Assembly: GCA_049472335.1 (NCBI GenBank)
Contig: JBLIRO010000029.1
Location: 1-58,077, forward strand
From: a bacterium
GTDB lineage: Bacteria; SZUA-182; DTGQ01; JAFGSM01
Length of the DNA: 58,077 nucleotides
Direction of reading: 5' to 3'
The translations under genes and the position numbers were made by a program. The notes under the pieces were generated by a model, which saw only the letters and a program-made list of their open reading frames with translations, had not been told where the DNA came from and made no database searches. Positions 1 through 10,277 of the stretch are shown in pieces; the first letter of the stretch is position 1; every line of letters starts with the position of its first letter.

Positions 1-135
1 TTAAATTTTTTTGTTAATAAAAAATTATACTCATCCCGGGAAAATCTGACACTTTATCATATCACCTCCGTGGTGAACTCCGTGGTGAACTATTACGTTT
101 CAAGTAGTAATAGATTTCAAATGCAAGATCCGGGT

Positions 136-1566
136 TTATCGATAGACCGGATAGATGATCCCAAAGAGCGCGAATAGGTTCAATCCGATAAGAAAAACGA
201 TGAAGGCATAAATGAATATATCCGTCTTTATTTTTGCTAATCTTGAGAGATACTTAAAGGCAGTATGAATACCCAATGCCATAAATATACAAATCCCTGC
301 CATTACCGGAAAGATTAGCCTGGCCTGGGCAGAAACAAACTTGAGATTCAGGGCGACAAGACTGGCAAAGGATATAAGAATGGCCAGAAGAAAAAGGAGC
401 AGACAGATTTTTGTCCTTTTTGGATAGGATTTTTCCACGAAAATAATTACAAGACCCAAAATACCCATGATGCTGATAATACCGTATATCCAGTACATCC
501 AGTTGGTAAGCGGTATGGTCAGCCAGTCAAAGAGCCCCCAAAATGATGTATAAAGCCTCTGAAAGAATAATTTTTTAAAGAACATGGCCCTTAATTCGGG
601 ACGCATAACCAGTGCCGGGTTCTGAATAGCCTGTAATCCCCAGCCCATTGGATCTTCCAGCCCGTAAATACTAGCATTTCTGATAAAATACCACCCGGCT
701 ATTATTACCAGAAGACCTAAAAACAGGAGAAGGTTAACGGACAGGTTTTGTAATTTTTTAGGTTTGTTAACCAGTGAGCTATATATAATGCCTAAGATGG
801 CAACTATCACAAAACCAGAGATATTTAATTTGGTGATTAGACAAATACCCAGAAAAATCCCCAGAGAGGCCACGATCTTTTTTTGATTATCATTCTCTGT
901 GACTATGAGTCTGGTTAAAAACCAGATGGATATTGTCGCGCATAATATCACCAGATTGTCGTTATTCAGTGACCCACTCAGAAAATTGAATTGGGGATTA
1001 AGGGCACAAAGGGAAGCCGCAAGAAGGGCGATGTTTTTATTCTCCGGAAAAAGTATCAGGGCAGTTTTAAAGATAAAAAAGACTGTGAGTGCTCCAAAGA
1101 TAAGAGAAATAATCCTCAATAGATGGATTACCCTGATAGAGCCGGAAAAAGGGAACCTGTCCTCCCTGGTGGTCAGGAACATATTTTTGTCTTTACCCTT
1201 GCCCCATTTCATATAATCGGGATTCAGGGGGGGATAGATGTCGCTCCTGAATATTTTGTACGGACTTCGTCCAAAATTTAAAATATCCTGAAAATTGTGT
1301 ATTTGTATGTCCGAAGCAGCCTTTTTAGGTGAAAGCAAACGCAGAAAAACGGTATTGATAAGATAATAGAGAGGAGGATTAAAGCCTTCCGAGTGGATGG
1401 ACTTTTCTTCAACAGCCTGATTGGGAAGTGTTTTGTGTTTTGCTAAAAATTGTATATATTCGAAATGGAAAGGTTCGTCAGGGGCATTGAAAACAGGTAT
1501 AACCATACTATAGGTCAAAGTAATTATGATAAATAGGATGAGTATGTATTTAACAGATCTAGACAT
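136..1566 (-). CDS. GT-C fold membrane glycosyltransferase (PMT/ArnT-like, DUF2142-like)
   Basis: Multi-TM protein with APDEPFH after the first TM, a PPLYY motif and an NNDNL motif. ATG at 1566 (MSRSVKY) preferred over the TTG at 1590. Confidence 0.7.
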   Translation of the reverse strand: MSRSVKYILILFIIITLTYSMVIPVFNAPDEPFHFEYIQFLAKHKTLPNQAVEEKSIHSEGFNPPLYYLINTVFLRLLSPKKAASDIQIHNFQDILNFGRSPYKIFRSDIYPPLNPDYMKWGKGKDKNMFLTTREDRFPFSGSIRVIHLLRIISLIFGALTVFFIFKTALILFPENKNIALLAASLCALNPQFNFLSGSLNNDNLVILCATISIWFLTRLIVTENDNQKKIVASLGIFLGICLITKLNISGFVIVAILGIIYSSLVNKPKKLQNLSVNLLLFLGLLVIIAGWYFIRNASIYGLEDPMGWGLQAIQNPALVMRPELRAMFFKKLFFQRLYTSFWGLFDWLTIPLTNWMYWIYGIISIMGILGLVIIFVEKSYPKRTKICLLLFLLAILISFASLVALNLKFVSAQARLIFPVMAGICIFMALGIHTAFKYLSRLAKIKTDIFIYAFIVFLIGLNLFALFGIIYPVYR

Positions 1567-2081
1567 AATAATACAAAATATAAATTGCAAAACACAAATT
1601 GCAAAGCTATCTACATCTACTGATTCCCTGCAATTGTTAAAATTTGCTAAATATATTATATAACTGCCGTGGCTCCTGTACTTCCTGTTTCGAAGATTAT
1701 ATCAGCTCACCCCTTGGTTAACTGATCCTTCTTTGTTAGTTTCTGCCAATACAACTATTTGAGATTTTACTTTATTTATTCTTCATTACTTATAGTTCAT
1801 TATTAATCATTTTGCAAATTGTATTTTGCATTTTAAAAATAAAACTTTCCCCTTTTTCCAATTGTTTGGAAAAGCATACAAAGCCGATTTATCATTACAA
1901 TATTTATAGTTATAAGTTTTAATTATATTTTTTATCTTGATTTATTGATATATACTATAGGAAAATTCATACAAAATTCAATCATATAAAATAAGAATCA
2001 GGGTCTCTTTTCATAAGATAGTATTTAATCTAAATTCGTTGATCTAAATTTTTTAACAATATAAAAACATTAATATATTTT

Positions 2082-2097
2082 TGGTACTCTTTATGCT
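2082..2097 (+). promoter_or_regulatory. possible sigma54 (-24/-12) promoter
   Basis: TGGTACTCTTTATGCT has GG-N10-GC spacing, but lies about 700 bp upstream of the 2795 ORF in AT-rich DNA. Confidence 0.35.
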
Positions 2098-2794
2098 TGA
2101 AATTTATGATCTTTTTCTCTGCTACCTCAGGGTATTAAATTATCATTCTACTTTTTTAAAATAAAATTGAATTATTGGAAAGGATAATTAAACAACATCA
2201 CTTTTTAATTTAAAAGTATAATTATCAATGATAAACATTGTCAATATAAGAAGTTGCATTTTTTAAAAAAAGAGAGAGGTTGAAAAAAAGAATAATATAA
2301 GATATAATTTAACATATTATTTCACTTCTTAGATTTTCCAATTAAAAATTAACTAAATTTTTATACTGAAATTTTTCAGTTGTTTTTCATTTTTCTGTTT
2401 ACATCTTTGAATTATTACATAATGTTAATCCAAAGAGGTAAAAAGAGATTTGGATTAGTCAGTACTTAGATCTTATTCGTTTGATTAACAACAATGTTGA
2501 ATTGACAAAGAATTAATGAGGATTAAAAAATTAGAAAGGCTTAAAATTATTTATATTAATATTCTTTCATAGATTTTGGTTTAAAAACTTTTTAATTTTT
2601 TAATTAATTTTTTTTTCATCTTTGATTTTCACACCAAAGATTTTTTAGGTTTGTTTTTTCTTCTTCAGTTTTTTACATCATACAATTCCAAGAGGGAGGT
2701 GTTTATATAGAGAATTTTTGGAAGGCAGTGCAATTGAAAAGTATGTTATCAAATTCGAGACAATAATTCTTAAGGAAAAAAGAGGTTTTTTAAA

Positions 2795-3520
2795 ATGAAG
2801 AAGATATTTGGTGTAAGTATAATTATTATAATAGCAATATCTTTTTGCTTTGTTAATGCATTTGCAGAACCTTCCGCTAAAGTGACCGCTAATGTAGGAA
2901 ATATTAAACAGGTTGATGCAGGAGCCGGATGGGTAAAGATTATGGAAAATAATATCAAGACCGCGAATGCAAAGGACCTGTTTGTGGATGTTTCGCTTGA
3001 GTGCGGACTTACGACCGATACTTATGTGTCAAGCAAAGTACTGGACAGAGCTAAAGCAGTGGCGGAAGCTGTTGTGTATGTGAAGGTTGAGATGGATGGT
3101 GTCCCGATACTGCCGGGGATGATGGCGGATCCTAATGGCCCGCCTGCGCCAGAAAAAGAGGGTGTTACTTTTGAGCGGAGAGAGCAAACCTTGATCGCTC
3201 ATTTTGCAGGTGATTTGACAGGCTGTATTGATCCGAATACCGGGTATATAGTCATCGATGATCCCAATTGTATTGCTCCGGAAGATCTTCAATTGATCCT
3301 TGACACAATGAGCGCTAATTCTTTCAATTTTATTGCGCCTGATGTGCCTGTAGGTTCCCATACATTATCGGTTTATGCGCAAGTTGTGGTCGTAACCTCT
3401 ACAGAGACCGAGGTGTATGCCACTGCTGAGGCCTGGGCCCATGCCTATATTGGAAAAGGCTCAGTTACAGTTGAGGAAGTAAGAATGATTAAAGACGAGG
3501 ATATTGCTCCCGAAATTTAG
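2795..3520 (+). CDS. secreted hypothetical protein, beta-rich
   Basis: 241 aa, GAGG ribosome-binding site, Sec signal peptide ending AFA, Val/Thr-rich strands, higher GC than the flanks. Confidence 0.85.
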   Translation: MKKIFGVSIIIIIAISFCFVNAFAEPSAKVTANVGNIKQVDAGAGWVKIMENNIKTANAKDLFVDVSLECGLTTDTYVSSKVLDRAKAVAEAVVYVKVEMDGVPILPGMMADPNGPPAPEKEGVTFERREQTLIAHFAGDLTGCIDPNTGYIVIDDPNCIAPEDLQLILDTMSANSFNFIAPDVPVGSHTLSVYAQVVVVTSTETEVYATAEAWAHAYIGKGSVTVEEVRMIKDEDIAPEI

Positions 3521-3541
3521 TCCATTATTCCCTCAATCAAT

Positions 3542-3582
3542 TGACACCAGGGGAAGAGAATAGAAATCTTTCCTTGGTGTCA
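3542..3582 (+). terminator. long stem-loop after the 2795..3520 gene (terminator or 3' stabilising hairpin)
   Basis: TGACACCAGGGGAAGA pairs with TCTTTCCTTGGTGTCA (with G-U pairs), between convergent genes. Confidence 0.6.
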
Positions 3583-3672
3583 TTGCACTGCCTTCAATAT
3601 TGTTACATTTTTATTAATATAATGGATTTAGAAAGATTCGAATTTAAGGTTATCAAATTAGAGATTATCAGA

Positions 3673-5277
3673 TCATAGCCTTCGCCGGGGCCGGTAGTCC
3701 TGTAAATCTGACATTTCTTTAAGCGTTTCATCTCTATATTCATCCATCTCTTTACCAAACAGAATCCGGGGGGTCAAGGTGATCACCAGCTCGGTCTTTG
3801 TCTTTTCATTTTTAGAGTAGCTGAAGAGGTTTCCCAGTAGAGGGATTTTCATTAATACAGGCACTCCGCTGGCATTACGGACATCTTTTTCGAGCATGAG
3901 ACCGGCCAGAACTGCTGTATGCCCCGATTTTACCTTAACAACAGAGCTGGATTCCCTGATATTGACGATTGGTATTGTGCCCCCCCCGATCGGATATGGC
4001 CTGTCTTCTATCTTTTCACTGATCACCGGATGTATATGGAGTGTAATCTCATCTTCAGGGCTTATCTGCGGGGTGACGTCTAAAAGAAGCCCCACGGTAA
4101 AGAATTTTGCGGTATAGGTTTCTGTTTTGCCTGTAGTGGTTGTCTCTGTCTCCCTTTCAAAATAGACCTCTTCGGTTCCCACCTTGATAATTGCCTTTTG
4201 GTTATTCAGGGTGGTCAACTTGGGCCTGGAGATAATATTCATCTTTCCCTGCTCGGATATGGCCTTGAGCAGGGCATCCACATCCTTATACAGAAAACTG
4301 AATTCAAAAACCGAGGAGGACATAAGCCCGGTCGTATCAAGGGTAAATCTGGTATTATCCCCTAAAAATCTCTGACTGGTTTCTCTCCCCACCAGGTAGG
4401 TCCAGTCAATGCCCGTCTGGTGATCATCTGAAAGCATTACCTCAGCAATGGTGGCCTCTATGAGCACCTGCCTCTGAATGGTGCCCTCCACGGTTTCCAA
4501 AAATTCTGCTATTTTTTTCAGATTTTTCGCATAATCCGTCACAATAATGATGGATGCCATCTTGTTTATAAAAAATTTCCCCTTATCAGAGAGCAAATGC
4601 TCCATACCCTTTTCAATCTCATCCCACAGGTCCGCCTTGTCTTTGCTGGTGACTTTCGTGGGCTCCGCGTTATCCCCGTCCACACCACCGGGTGTTTTTG
4701 CCTCTATGATGGTTTTCCCTTCTCTTATTGTAGCGAGGTAGTTTAATGTAAATATTCTTGTGTCTTTTGTCGGCCTGGATACATAGATAAGATTCCCTTC
4801 TTTCCTGTACTCATAACCTGCGGGAGTGAGGATGTTGTCCAAGGCATCCTCCAATGAGATATCTTTGAGATCCAGGGATATTCTCCCATTGACATTAGGG
4901 TCCAATATGATATTGTACTGACTCCCTTTTGCGAAGCTTAACAGAACGGATCTAAGGTCTGAATCGATCATGCTGATGTAATATCGCTTCTCCTCCTGGG
5001 GATTGTTTGTATCCATGTCCAGGAAGACCTGTTTCTCTTCTTCTGGCTCGTTTATGTATGCAACAGTGGCTGTCGAATCCGGTTCTCCAGGTTTTTCAGG
5101 GAAGTTGTCCGGATCTTCCCTTAATAAAAGCGGTATATCTTCGGATAGAGATGCATTTTTTAAGGATAATGTTTTTTCTGTCCCGGCCAATCCATTTTCA
5201 TTATTTTTCTGTATGCCTGTGCAGCCGAAACAAAATAAAATTATCAATATAAAAATTATAAATCTCTTAAGGTTCAT
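3673..5277 (-). CDS. mshL: type IV pilus secretin, MSHA MshL-like lipoprotein
   Basis: Lipobox-like LFCFGC, STN domain, TRIFTLNYL segment and C-terminal secretin motifs (QVLIEATIAEV, GVPVLMKIPLLGNLF, KTELVITLTP). Confidence 0.85.
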   Translation of the reverse strand: MNLKRFIIFILIILFCFGCTGIQKNNENGLAGTEKTLSLKNASLSEDIPLLLREDPDNFPEKPGEPDSTATVAYINEPEEEKQVFLDMDTNNPQEEKRYYISMIDSDLRSVLLSFAKGSQYNIILDPNVNGRISLDLKDISLEDALDNILTPAGYEYRKEGNLIYVSRPTKDTRIFTLNYLATIREGKTIIEAKTPGGVDGDNAEPTKVTSKDKADLWDEIEKGMEHLLSDKGKFFINKMASIIIVTDYAKNLKKIAEFLETVEGTIQRQVLIEATIAEVMLSDDHQTGIDWTYLVGRETSQRFLGDNTRFTLDTTGLMSSSVFEFSFLYKDVDALLKAISEQGKMNIISRPKLTTLNNQKAIIKVGTEEVYFERETETTTTGKTETYTAKFFTVGLLLDVTPQISPEDEITLHIHPVISEKIEDRPYPIGGGTIPIVNIRESSSVVKVKSGHTAVLAGLMLEKDVRNASGVPVLMKIPLLGNLFSYSKNEKTKTELVITLTPRILFGKEMDEYRDETLKEMSDLQDYRPRRRL

Positions 5278-5842
5278 TTTTTCCCCTGCTTTTTTTGGAT
5301 ACCTTTAACCGGGATTTCATTAAAATTTCCTGTCTTTTCCCTTCACCTCCGAAAATCACTCGGTCGGGCAATATTTCCAGGACCTGCAGATTTTCAATCC
5401 AGTCACCAACGGTCACCACATAGGGGGCCCTATCAATGGTGGCAACCTTTTGGCCATCGCTGATTAATATGGAGGTAATTTTCACGGATAAGGGCTTTTC
5501 TTTCCTTTTAACCACCTTTTTCACTTTCTTTTCGGGTAATGGGGTTGCCTTTTTATTGGATTTTCTGTTATAAGGGTCCATTCCTTCAGGGAAAATAAAG
5601 GGATCTTTTCCCCATGGAAGCATTTTTCTTTCATCCTTCTTATCCATATCATATTCAGGTCCGGATTTCCCTTTGAGTTTGACTCCCGGCTCCAATGGGC
5701 TCTTGGACAATTCCAGGGCCTGATCAGTTTTGGTATCCCATGAATCAAACGATTTTTTACCGGAGGGATTAATCAAGTTATAAATTCCATAACTTACTGA
5801 TAAAATGAATATTATTGTTATATATTTATTAGGGGCTTTCAT
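5267..5842 (-). CDS. pilus assembly protein, PilP/MshK-like
   Basis: N-terminal TM, KDPF motif, C-terminal ITSILISDGQKVATID...VGD beta domain; lies between pilO and the secretin. Confidence 0.6.
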   Translation of the reverse strand: MKAPNKYITIIFILSVSYGIYNLINPSGKKSFDSWDTKTDQALELSKSPLEPGVKLKGKSGPEYDMDKKDERKMLPWGKDPFIFPEGMDPYNRKSNKKATPLPEKKVKKVVKRKEKPLSVKITSILISDGQKVATIDRAPYVVTVGDWIENLQVLEILPDRVIFGGEGKRQEILMKSRLKVSKKSRGKNEP

Positions 5843-5874
5843 TTAAAAATAATTTAATCCTAAAATTCATATAA

Positions 5875-6441
5875 TTAAGCAGTATTGTTTAAAAAGAGAA
5901 GTATACAAGTAATCTCTGCCTTTGTTTCCGGATAGATCTCTTCTGAGGTCTCGATATCTATTTTGCTGTATCCGCCAAAAAATGGCAGATCGATGAGTTC
6001 AAACAAATATTGACGCATATTTATAAAACCTCCCTCCAGGGTAATATCGAGATTTATCTTTTCCAGTTGAGTCTTTTTATCCTCATTATTATTTTTGGAA
6101 AATGAAACATTATGGGGACTTATGGAAATGATTCTGATATCCTTTCCTTGACCTATTTCTATTACCCGGGATAAAACAGAGGTAATGTCTTCTTTGCAGG
6201 GCAGATTGTCCAGTATATGTATGCACTTCCTCGAGATCTCCAGTTTTTTCGCGGACCCCATCATGGCTAAAGAGTAATTTTCCAAAAGCTGGTTATACTG
6301 TGTTTGAATCAGTTTTTGTTTCTCGCTGATTTTTTTAAAATTGTTCCTTTTAGGGGTAAACAGGAACGTATACCATACAACCAGTGCAGCGAATCCTGCG
6401 CATATAAAAATAGCTGTTTTCCCCCAGATATTAAATTTCAT
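5875..6441 (-). CDS. pilO: type IV pilus assembly protein PilO/MshJ-like
   Basis: TM, coiled coil, LP motif and LDITLEGGFINMRQYL ferredoxin-like segment; synteny. Confidence 0.7.
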   Translation of the reverse strand: MKFNIWGKTAIFICAGFAALVVWYTFLFTPKRNNFKKISEKQKLIQTQYNQLLENYSLAMMGSAKKLEISRKCIHILDNLPCKEDITSVLSRVIEIGQGKDIRIISISPHNVSFSKNNNEDKKTQLEKINLDITLEGGFINMRQYLFELIDLPFFGGYSKIDIETSEEIYPETKAEITCILLFLNNTA

Positions 6442-6480
6442 CTTTCATCCTTTAGAGCCCCCCCCAATTGGTTCAAAATC

Positions 6481-8223
6481 TTATAATTTTAAATCACAAT
6501 ATATGGTGAATCTTAAAATATCCCTACCCGCCAATATATCCTTTTCCTTTTTCTGTAAAACCGGATTTTTGAGAAAGGGCGAAAAATCCAATTTGACTAA
6601 AAATTGCAGCAGGTCCACCTCCAAATCGACCTCTTTTCCACATACGATTCCTTTTAACCGAAATTGTTTGCCCCTTGATTCATTTTTATGTTCTTTCGCT
6701 TCTTCAGGGGAATAAACGGATAAATTTTCCAGCACAATATTTTGAGGAATAATATTGGTCATCTCCTTCAATATGTAAGGATCTATGATCTCTTTTTTTT
6801 CCATTTCATCCAATGTTTCCTGCATGATTTTGTATCGATCACTTTTTATCTGAATTTGTCCGGGACTCATCAGCAAATGGTTCAGCCTCTGCATATTGGA
6901 TTCCCAGAGGTTTAACGATTTTTTTTTGATATGCACCCGGGCCAGGATATCCAAAGACAGGATGAAACAAAAAAGGATTATGAACACGGCAGAAACCCTC
7001 AGTACGGGAAGCAGCCTGGTTATGATCCTTTGATGTCTTGTCTCTGGCGGAAGAAGATCAATCCCCTCATCTGTTTTTAATGCCAGGCTTATCGCCTTAG
7101 TGAATACAGGGGCCAGTTGATCGAAATCCTCGGAATCCAGGGGAGATATCATTTCCATTTTGTCGAATGGATTTAAGACCTCTATCTCTGTGTTCAGCCT
7201 GTTCTTCATGCATTGAGCCAATCCTCTTAGCTTTGCCGTGCCTCCTGTCAGATAAATCTTTTCAAGAGTAAACTCCGGGTGCTTATCCTTATAAAAAGAT
7301 AAGGACCTCTGGATTTCATTGATAAGCCTTTCAACAACCGGGATTACGGCTGTATCTAATCCATCGGGCGAGGCCTTTTTTGAGAGGCCGTACTCTTTTT
7401 TTAATCTTTCCGCTTCTTCAAAGGATAAAGAGGTTGAAGACGCAATGGAGTCCGTGATGCTGTAACCGGAAGTTACGATCTCCCTGGCAAACTTCAGTGA
7501 ATTGTTCTGAAAAACGGCAATTGTTGTATTTTCGGCCCCGATATCAATCAAGGTGATATTTGAAAGGTCCGTTTTTGTGGACTTTAAAAAATTCCACAAT
7601 GCAAATGGTGTCACGGTGATCCCTGAAATATTCAATCTCGATCTTTCAAAAATACTAAGGGTGTTATGGATCAATTGCCTTGCGGCAGCGACAACCATGA
7701 CCTCCTTCTTTTTTATATCCCTTTCTTCAATATCTCCTATGATCCTGTAGTCAAAATAGGCCTCTTCTAATGGGAAAGGGACATATTTTTTGCTTGCCCA
7801 AAAGACGGCGTTTCTCAATTTGTTTCCGGACAGGTGTGAGATATTGAAACTCTTAATAATGACATCAGATCCTGAAATGGCTGTAAATATAGGGACCTTA
7901 TCCCTGTTTTTTAGACTGGACCTGAGGATTTCCGAGATCTCAGCGGATTTTTCCTCAAGGGATCTGCCTTTCAAATGGGAAACAGGAATAATTCTATAAT
8001 AGAGAAGCTGTCCGGATTCACCTTTTATCCTTACTTCCGCCAGCTTAATTGAATCGCTGCCAATGTCCAAACCTATTTGGGTTTTTGAAGAGTTGAGCTG
8101 GAATTTATGGGCCTTTTTCAATCTATCTGAAAAGACCTTATATATGCCGCTCATCCATCCGTAAAATGAATTGAGTTCTGCATTCAACACCTGATATACC
8201 TCAATAGGAAAAGACTCTTTCAT
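6481..8223 (-). CDS. pilM: PilM-PilN fusion protein
   Basis: Actin-like PilM motifs (IGLDIGSDSIK, IDIGAENT, LTGGTAKL, LNPF), then the PilN-type IDLLP motif, a TM and a PilN-like periplasmic domain. The start may be slightly downstream. Confidence 0.8.
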   Translation of the reverse strand: MKESFPIEVYQVLNAELNSFYGWMSGIYKVFSDRLKKAHKFQLNSSKTQIGLDIGSDSIKLAEVRIKGESGQLLYYRIIPVSHLKGRSLEEKSAEISEILRSSLKNRDKVPIFTAISGSDVIIKSFNISHLSGNKLRNAVFWASKKYVPFPLEEAYFDYRIIGDIEERDIKKKEVMVVAAARQLIHNTLSIFERSRLNISGITVTPFALWNFLKSTKTDLSNITLIDIGAENTTIAVFQNNSLKFAREIVTSGYSITDSIASSTSLSFEEAERLKKEYGLSKKASPDGLDTAVIPVVERLINEIQRSLSFYKDKHPEFTLEKIYLTGGTAKLRGLAQCMKNRLNTEIEVLNPFDKMEMISPLDSEDFDQLAPVFTKAISLALKTDEGIDLLPPETRHQRIITRLLPVLRVSAVFIILFCFILSLDILARVHIKKKSLNLWESNMQRLNHLLMSPGQIQIKSDRYKIMQETLDEMEKKEIIDPYILKEMTNIIPQNIVLENLSVYSPEEAKEHKNESRGKQFRLKGIVCGKEVDLEVDLLQFLVKLDFSPFLKNPVLQKKEKDILAGRDILRFTIYCDLKL

Positions 8224-8341
8224 GAGTACTTATGGAATTATATATAAGGATATAGATATACCCTTTATAGATTTTATATCGTCAAATTCTTGTTTTTTTA
8301 TCACAAAAAGGCAGGTTAGAAGGATTAGAAAAAAGGTCGTT

Positions 8342-9403
8342 TTAGTAGACCTCTTCCCATGCGCTTATGATGATCCCCCCTCCACTCCATGTAAATCCCG
8401 GGGGTTCATCCAGGACCCTGCTGCCCCAGTTGATATATGGTCCCGTTCCGCCGCATGTATCAAAGGTAATCGAGGATTGGGCGATTATGCTCCCATCGAT
8501 CCGAAAATCATCGGTTTTTGTTATGTCTATGTTTTGCTTCGCATAAAGGATGCCGGTCATTAAGGGAATCCGGCCTTCTGAAATTAATATATCACCTCCC
8601 GAAAAGACCATTCCCCGGATATCCAGATTACGGCTTTTTTCGGCTCCGCTTTTTTGTATCTTGATGGATGTGCCTGATACAAGGGCCGGATAATTCCCTG
8701 AAGGGATAATTGTAACACCGTCACATCCTCCGATGATAATATCACCTGTGGCAATGATTGTGCCGTTGACAGTCATATTGATACATTTGGACCATTCCAC
8801 ACTTCCATTGACATAGATGATCCCTGTATACACCTGACCGGACACATTGGATAGTATCCAGTCAGTGGACATTGTGGTATCGGCGATACCCGCATAGTAG
8901 CCAAAATCACAATTTATATACTGAACACTGGGATTGTTCGTCTCATAGGGTGTCTCTATGAAGATCCCTGTTGATTTTATTATATTTAAATCAGCGGATG
9001 TATAGAGGCTGTAAGGAAAATCAGCGAGTTCATCAGGCCACCCTTCGGCCTGAAAACTCCTTGAAATCTTCCGGGTGATATCATCCACTGTAGCCACCAC
9101 ATGGACCGTTGTTTGTGTGGTTGTGGTCTGATTGGGATCATAGTGAATAGAGAAGGTGCCCCTGCCGAGTGGCTTATTGATTGTATCAGTATTGTCCGAC
9201 CAATCGGGATCATTTATCAATTCATGCTTAATACAGTAATTCAAGGCCCCTTCGCACAGGAAAAGGGCCTGGGTCGAGCGTAAAGAGTCCAGGGCGACCT
9301 CAATGTCCGTGGAAAATATGGATGTTGAAAAGAGTATGAGCAGTGAAAGGATCAGTAAAACAAAAACAGCCAAAATTAAACTGAAGCCTTTATCCGTTTT
9401 CAT
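8342..9403 (-). CDS. PilX/MshP-like minor pilin with repetitive beta-solenoid C-terminus
   Basis: G|FSLIL cleavage site without Glu5, QALFLCEGAL motif, repeated G-x-I-x-(A/S)-x-G-x-I units, ends in WEEVY. Confidence 0.7.
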   Translation of the reverse strand: MKTDKGFSLILAVFVLLILSLLILFSTSIFSTDIEVALDSLRSTQALFLCEGALNYCIKHELINDPDWSDNTDTINKPLGRGTFSIHYDPNQTTTTQTTVHVVATVDDITRKISRSFQAEGWPDELADFPYSLYTSADLNIIKSTGIFIETPYETNNPSVQYINCDFGYYAGIADTTMSTDWILSNVSGQVYTGIIYVNGSVEWSKCINMTVNGTIIATGDIIIGGCDGVTIIPSGNYPALVSGTSIKIQKSGAEKSRNLDIRGMVFSGGDILISEGRIPLMTGILYAKQNIDITKTDDFRIDGSIIAQSSITFDTCGGTGPYINWGSRVLDEPPGFTWSGGGIIISAWEEVY

Positions 9404-9888
9404 AGATTTCTGATTCTTGTTTCAGAGTCAAAGGATAAGGTCTGGCCTCCCTTCTGAAAGTCGATCCTTATCTTGACACGGTATATGGCGGAAGCGGCGC
9501 TTGCCGCATTACCGTTGAGATCCAGATATGTAAATTGAAGGCCGTTTGAGCTTTTCAGGCTGTCAGCCAGAATATTGCCGTTTTTTAAAAGGTTTGTTCC
9601 AACCTGCTCAAAGTCGCAGGGGTTATTGTTGATATCAGTGAATACAAAATGCACAGGTTCGAATGTCGTAATTTTTGTAATATCCGCGTGACGAATGTCA
9701 TGAAGCATCCTGGTCATACCCAGCCGGCTGTTGTAAAGCATGCCTTTCCGAAGGGTAACTATGTGCCAGGAAAGCAATGCGGTATTCAAAACCTGTGCTC
9801 CGACACCGAATAGTATTGTCATGGCAACCAGGGTGACCAGGATCTCGATTAGTGTAAAGCCTTTATTTTGTTTAATTGAATAATCCAT
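9400..9888 (-). CDS. minor type IV pilin (PilW/MshO-like)
   Basis: KG|FTLIEILV prepilin motif. ATG at 9888 avoids overlap with the upstream gene. Confidence 0.8.
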   Translation of the reverse strand: MDYSIKQNKGFTLIEILVTLVAMTILFGVGAQVLNTALLSWHIVTLRKGMLYNSRLGMTRMLHDIRHADITKITTFEPVHFVFTDINNNPCDFEQVGTNLLKNGNILADSLKSSNGLQFTYLDLNGNAASAASAIYRVKIRIDFQKGGQTLSFDSETRIRNL

Positions 9889-9890
9889 TA

Positions 9891-10277
9891 CTAATCCGTC
9901 AAAATAGTCGTCATGTATACCGGTTCGATACAATCGTGATCAACGATTATCCGAACATTTTTATATTCCGTTGGGCTGCCTGCATCTATATTTAGATTCC
10001 CGGAATCCGCGTAAAACCAGTTTACCTGATATGTGTAAGCGTCAAATGGGGGATCAAAGGATGTGGGAGATATATTGGAAATAGTATCAAATGTGCGGGT
10101 GGCCATTATTTCCTCCGTTTTCCCCTCACAAAGAACCGTTGCAGTACTCAGGTATTCGCCTATCGCGCTGTGTTCTAAAATACCGGAATAAGACGCGGAC
10201 AGGATTAAAAAGCCCACTGAGGCCACTGTGATGAATATGACTACCTCTATCAATGTAAAACCAGCATAGGCTTTCAT
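9891..10277 (-). CDS. minor type IV pilin (PilV/MshD-like)
   Basis: AG|FTLIEVVI prepilin motif and hydrophobic helix. Confidence 0.8.
   Translation of the reverse strand: MKAYAGFTLIEVVIFITVASVGFLILSASYSGILEHSAIGEYLSTATVLCEGKTEEIMATRTFDTISNISPTSFDPPFDAYTYQVNWFYADSGNLNIDAGSPTEYKNVRIIVDHDCIEPVYMTTILTD

Larger units (their letters stand above)
2721..3595. repeat. 14-bp perfect inverted repeat pair bracketing the 2795..3520 gene
   Basis: GAAGGCAGTGCAAT at 2721-2734 is the exact reverse complement of ATTGCACTGCCTTC at 3582-3595. Confidence 0.85.

Noticed and set aside
1660..1750. TPP riboswitch or hammerhead ribozyme
   Set aside because: Only fragments resemble them (GGGGTG...CTGA, CTGAT...CGAAAC). 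The required CTGAGA/CUGAUGA cores and stems are missing.
2425..2458. Hairpin TAATCCAAA...TTTGGATTA as an ncRNA
   Set aside because: A single AT-rich stem in very AT-rich DNA; not enough support alone.
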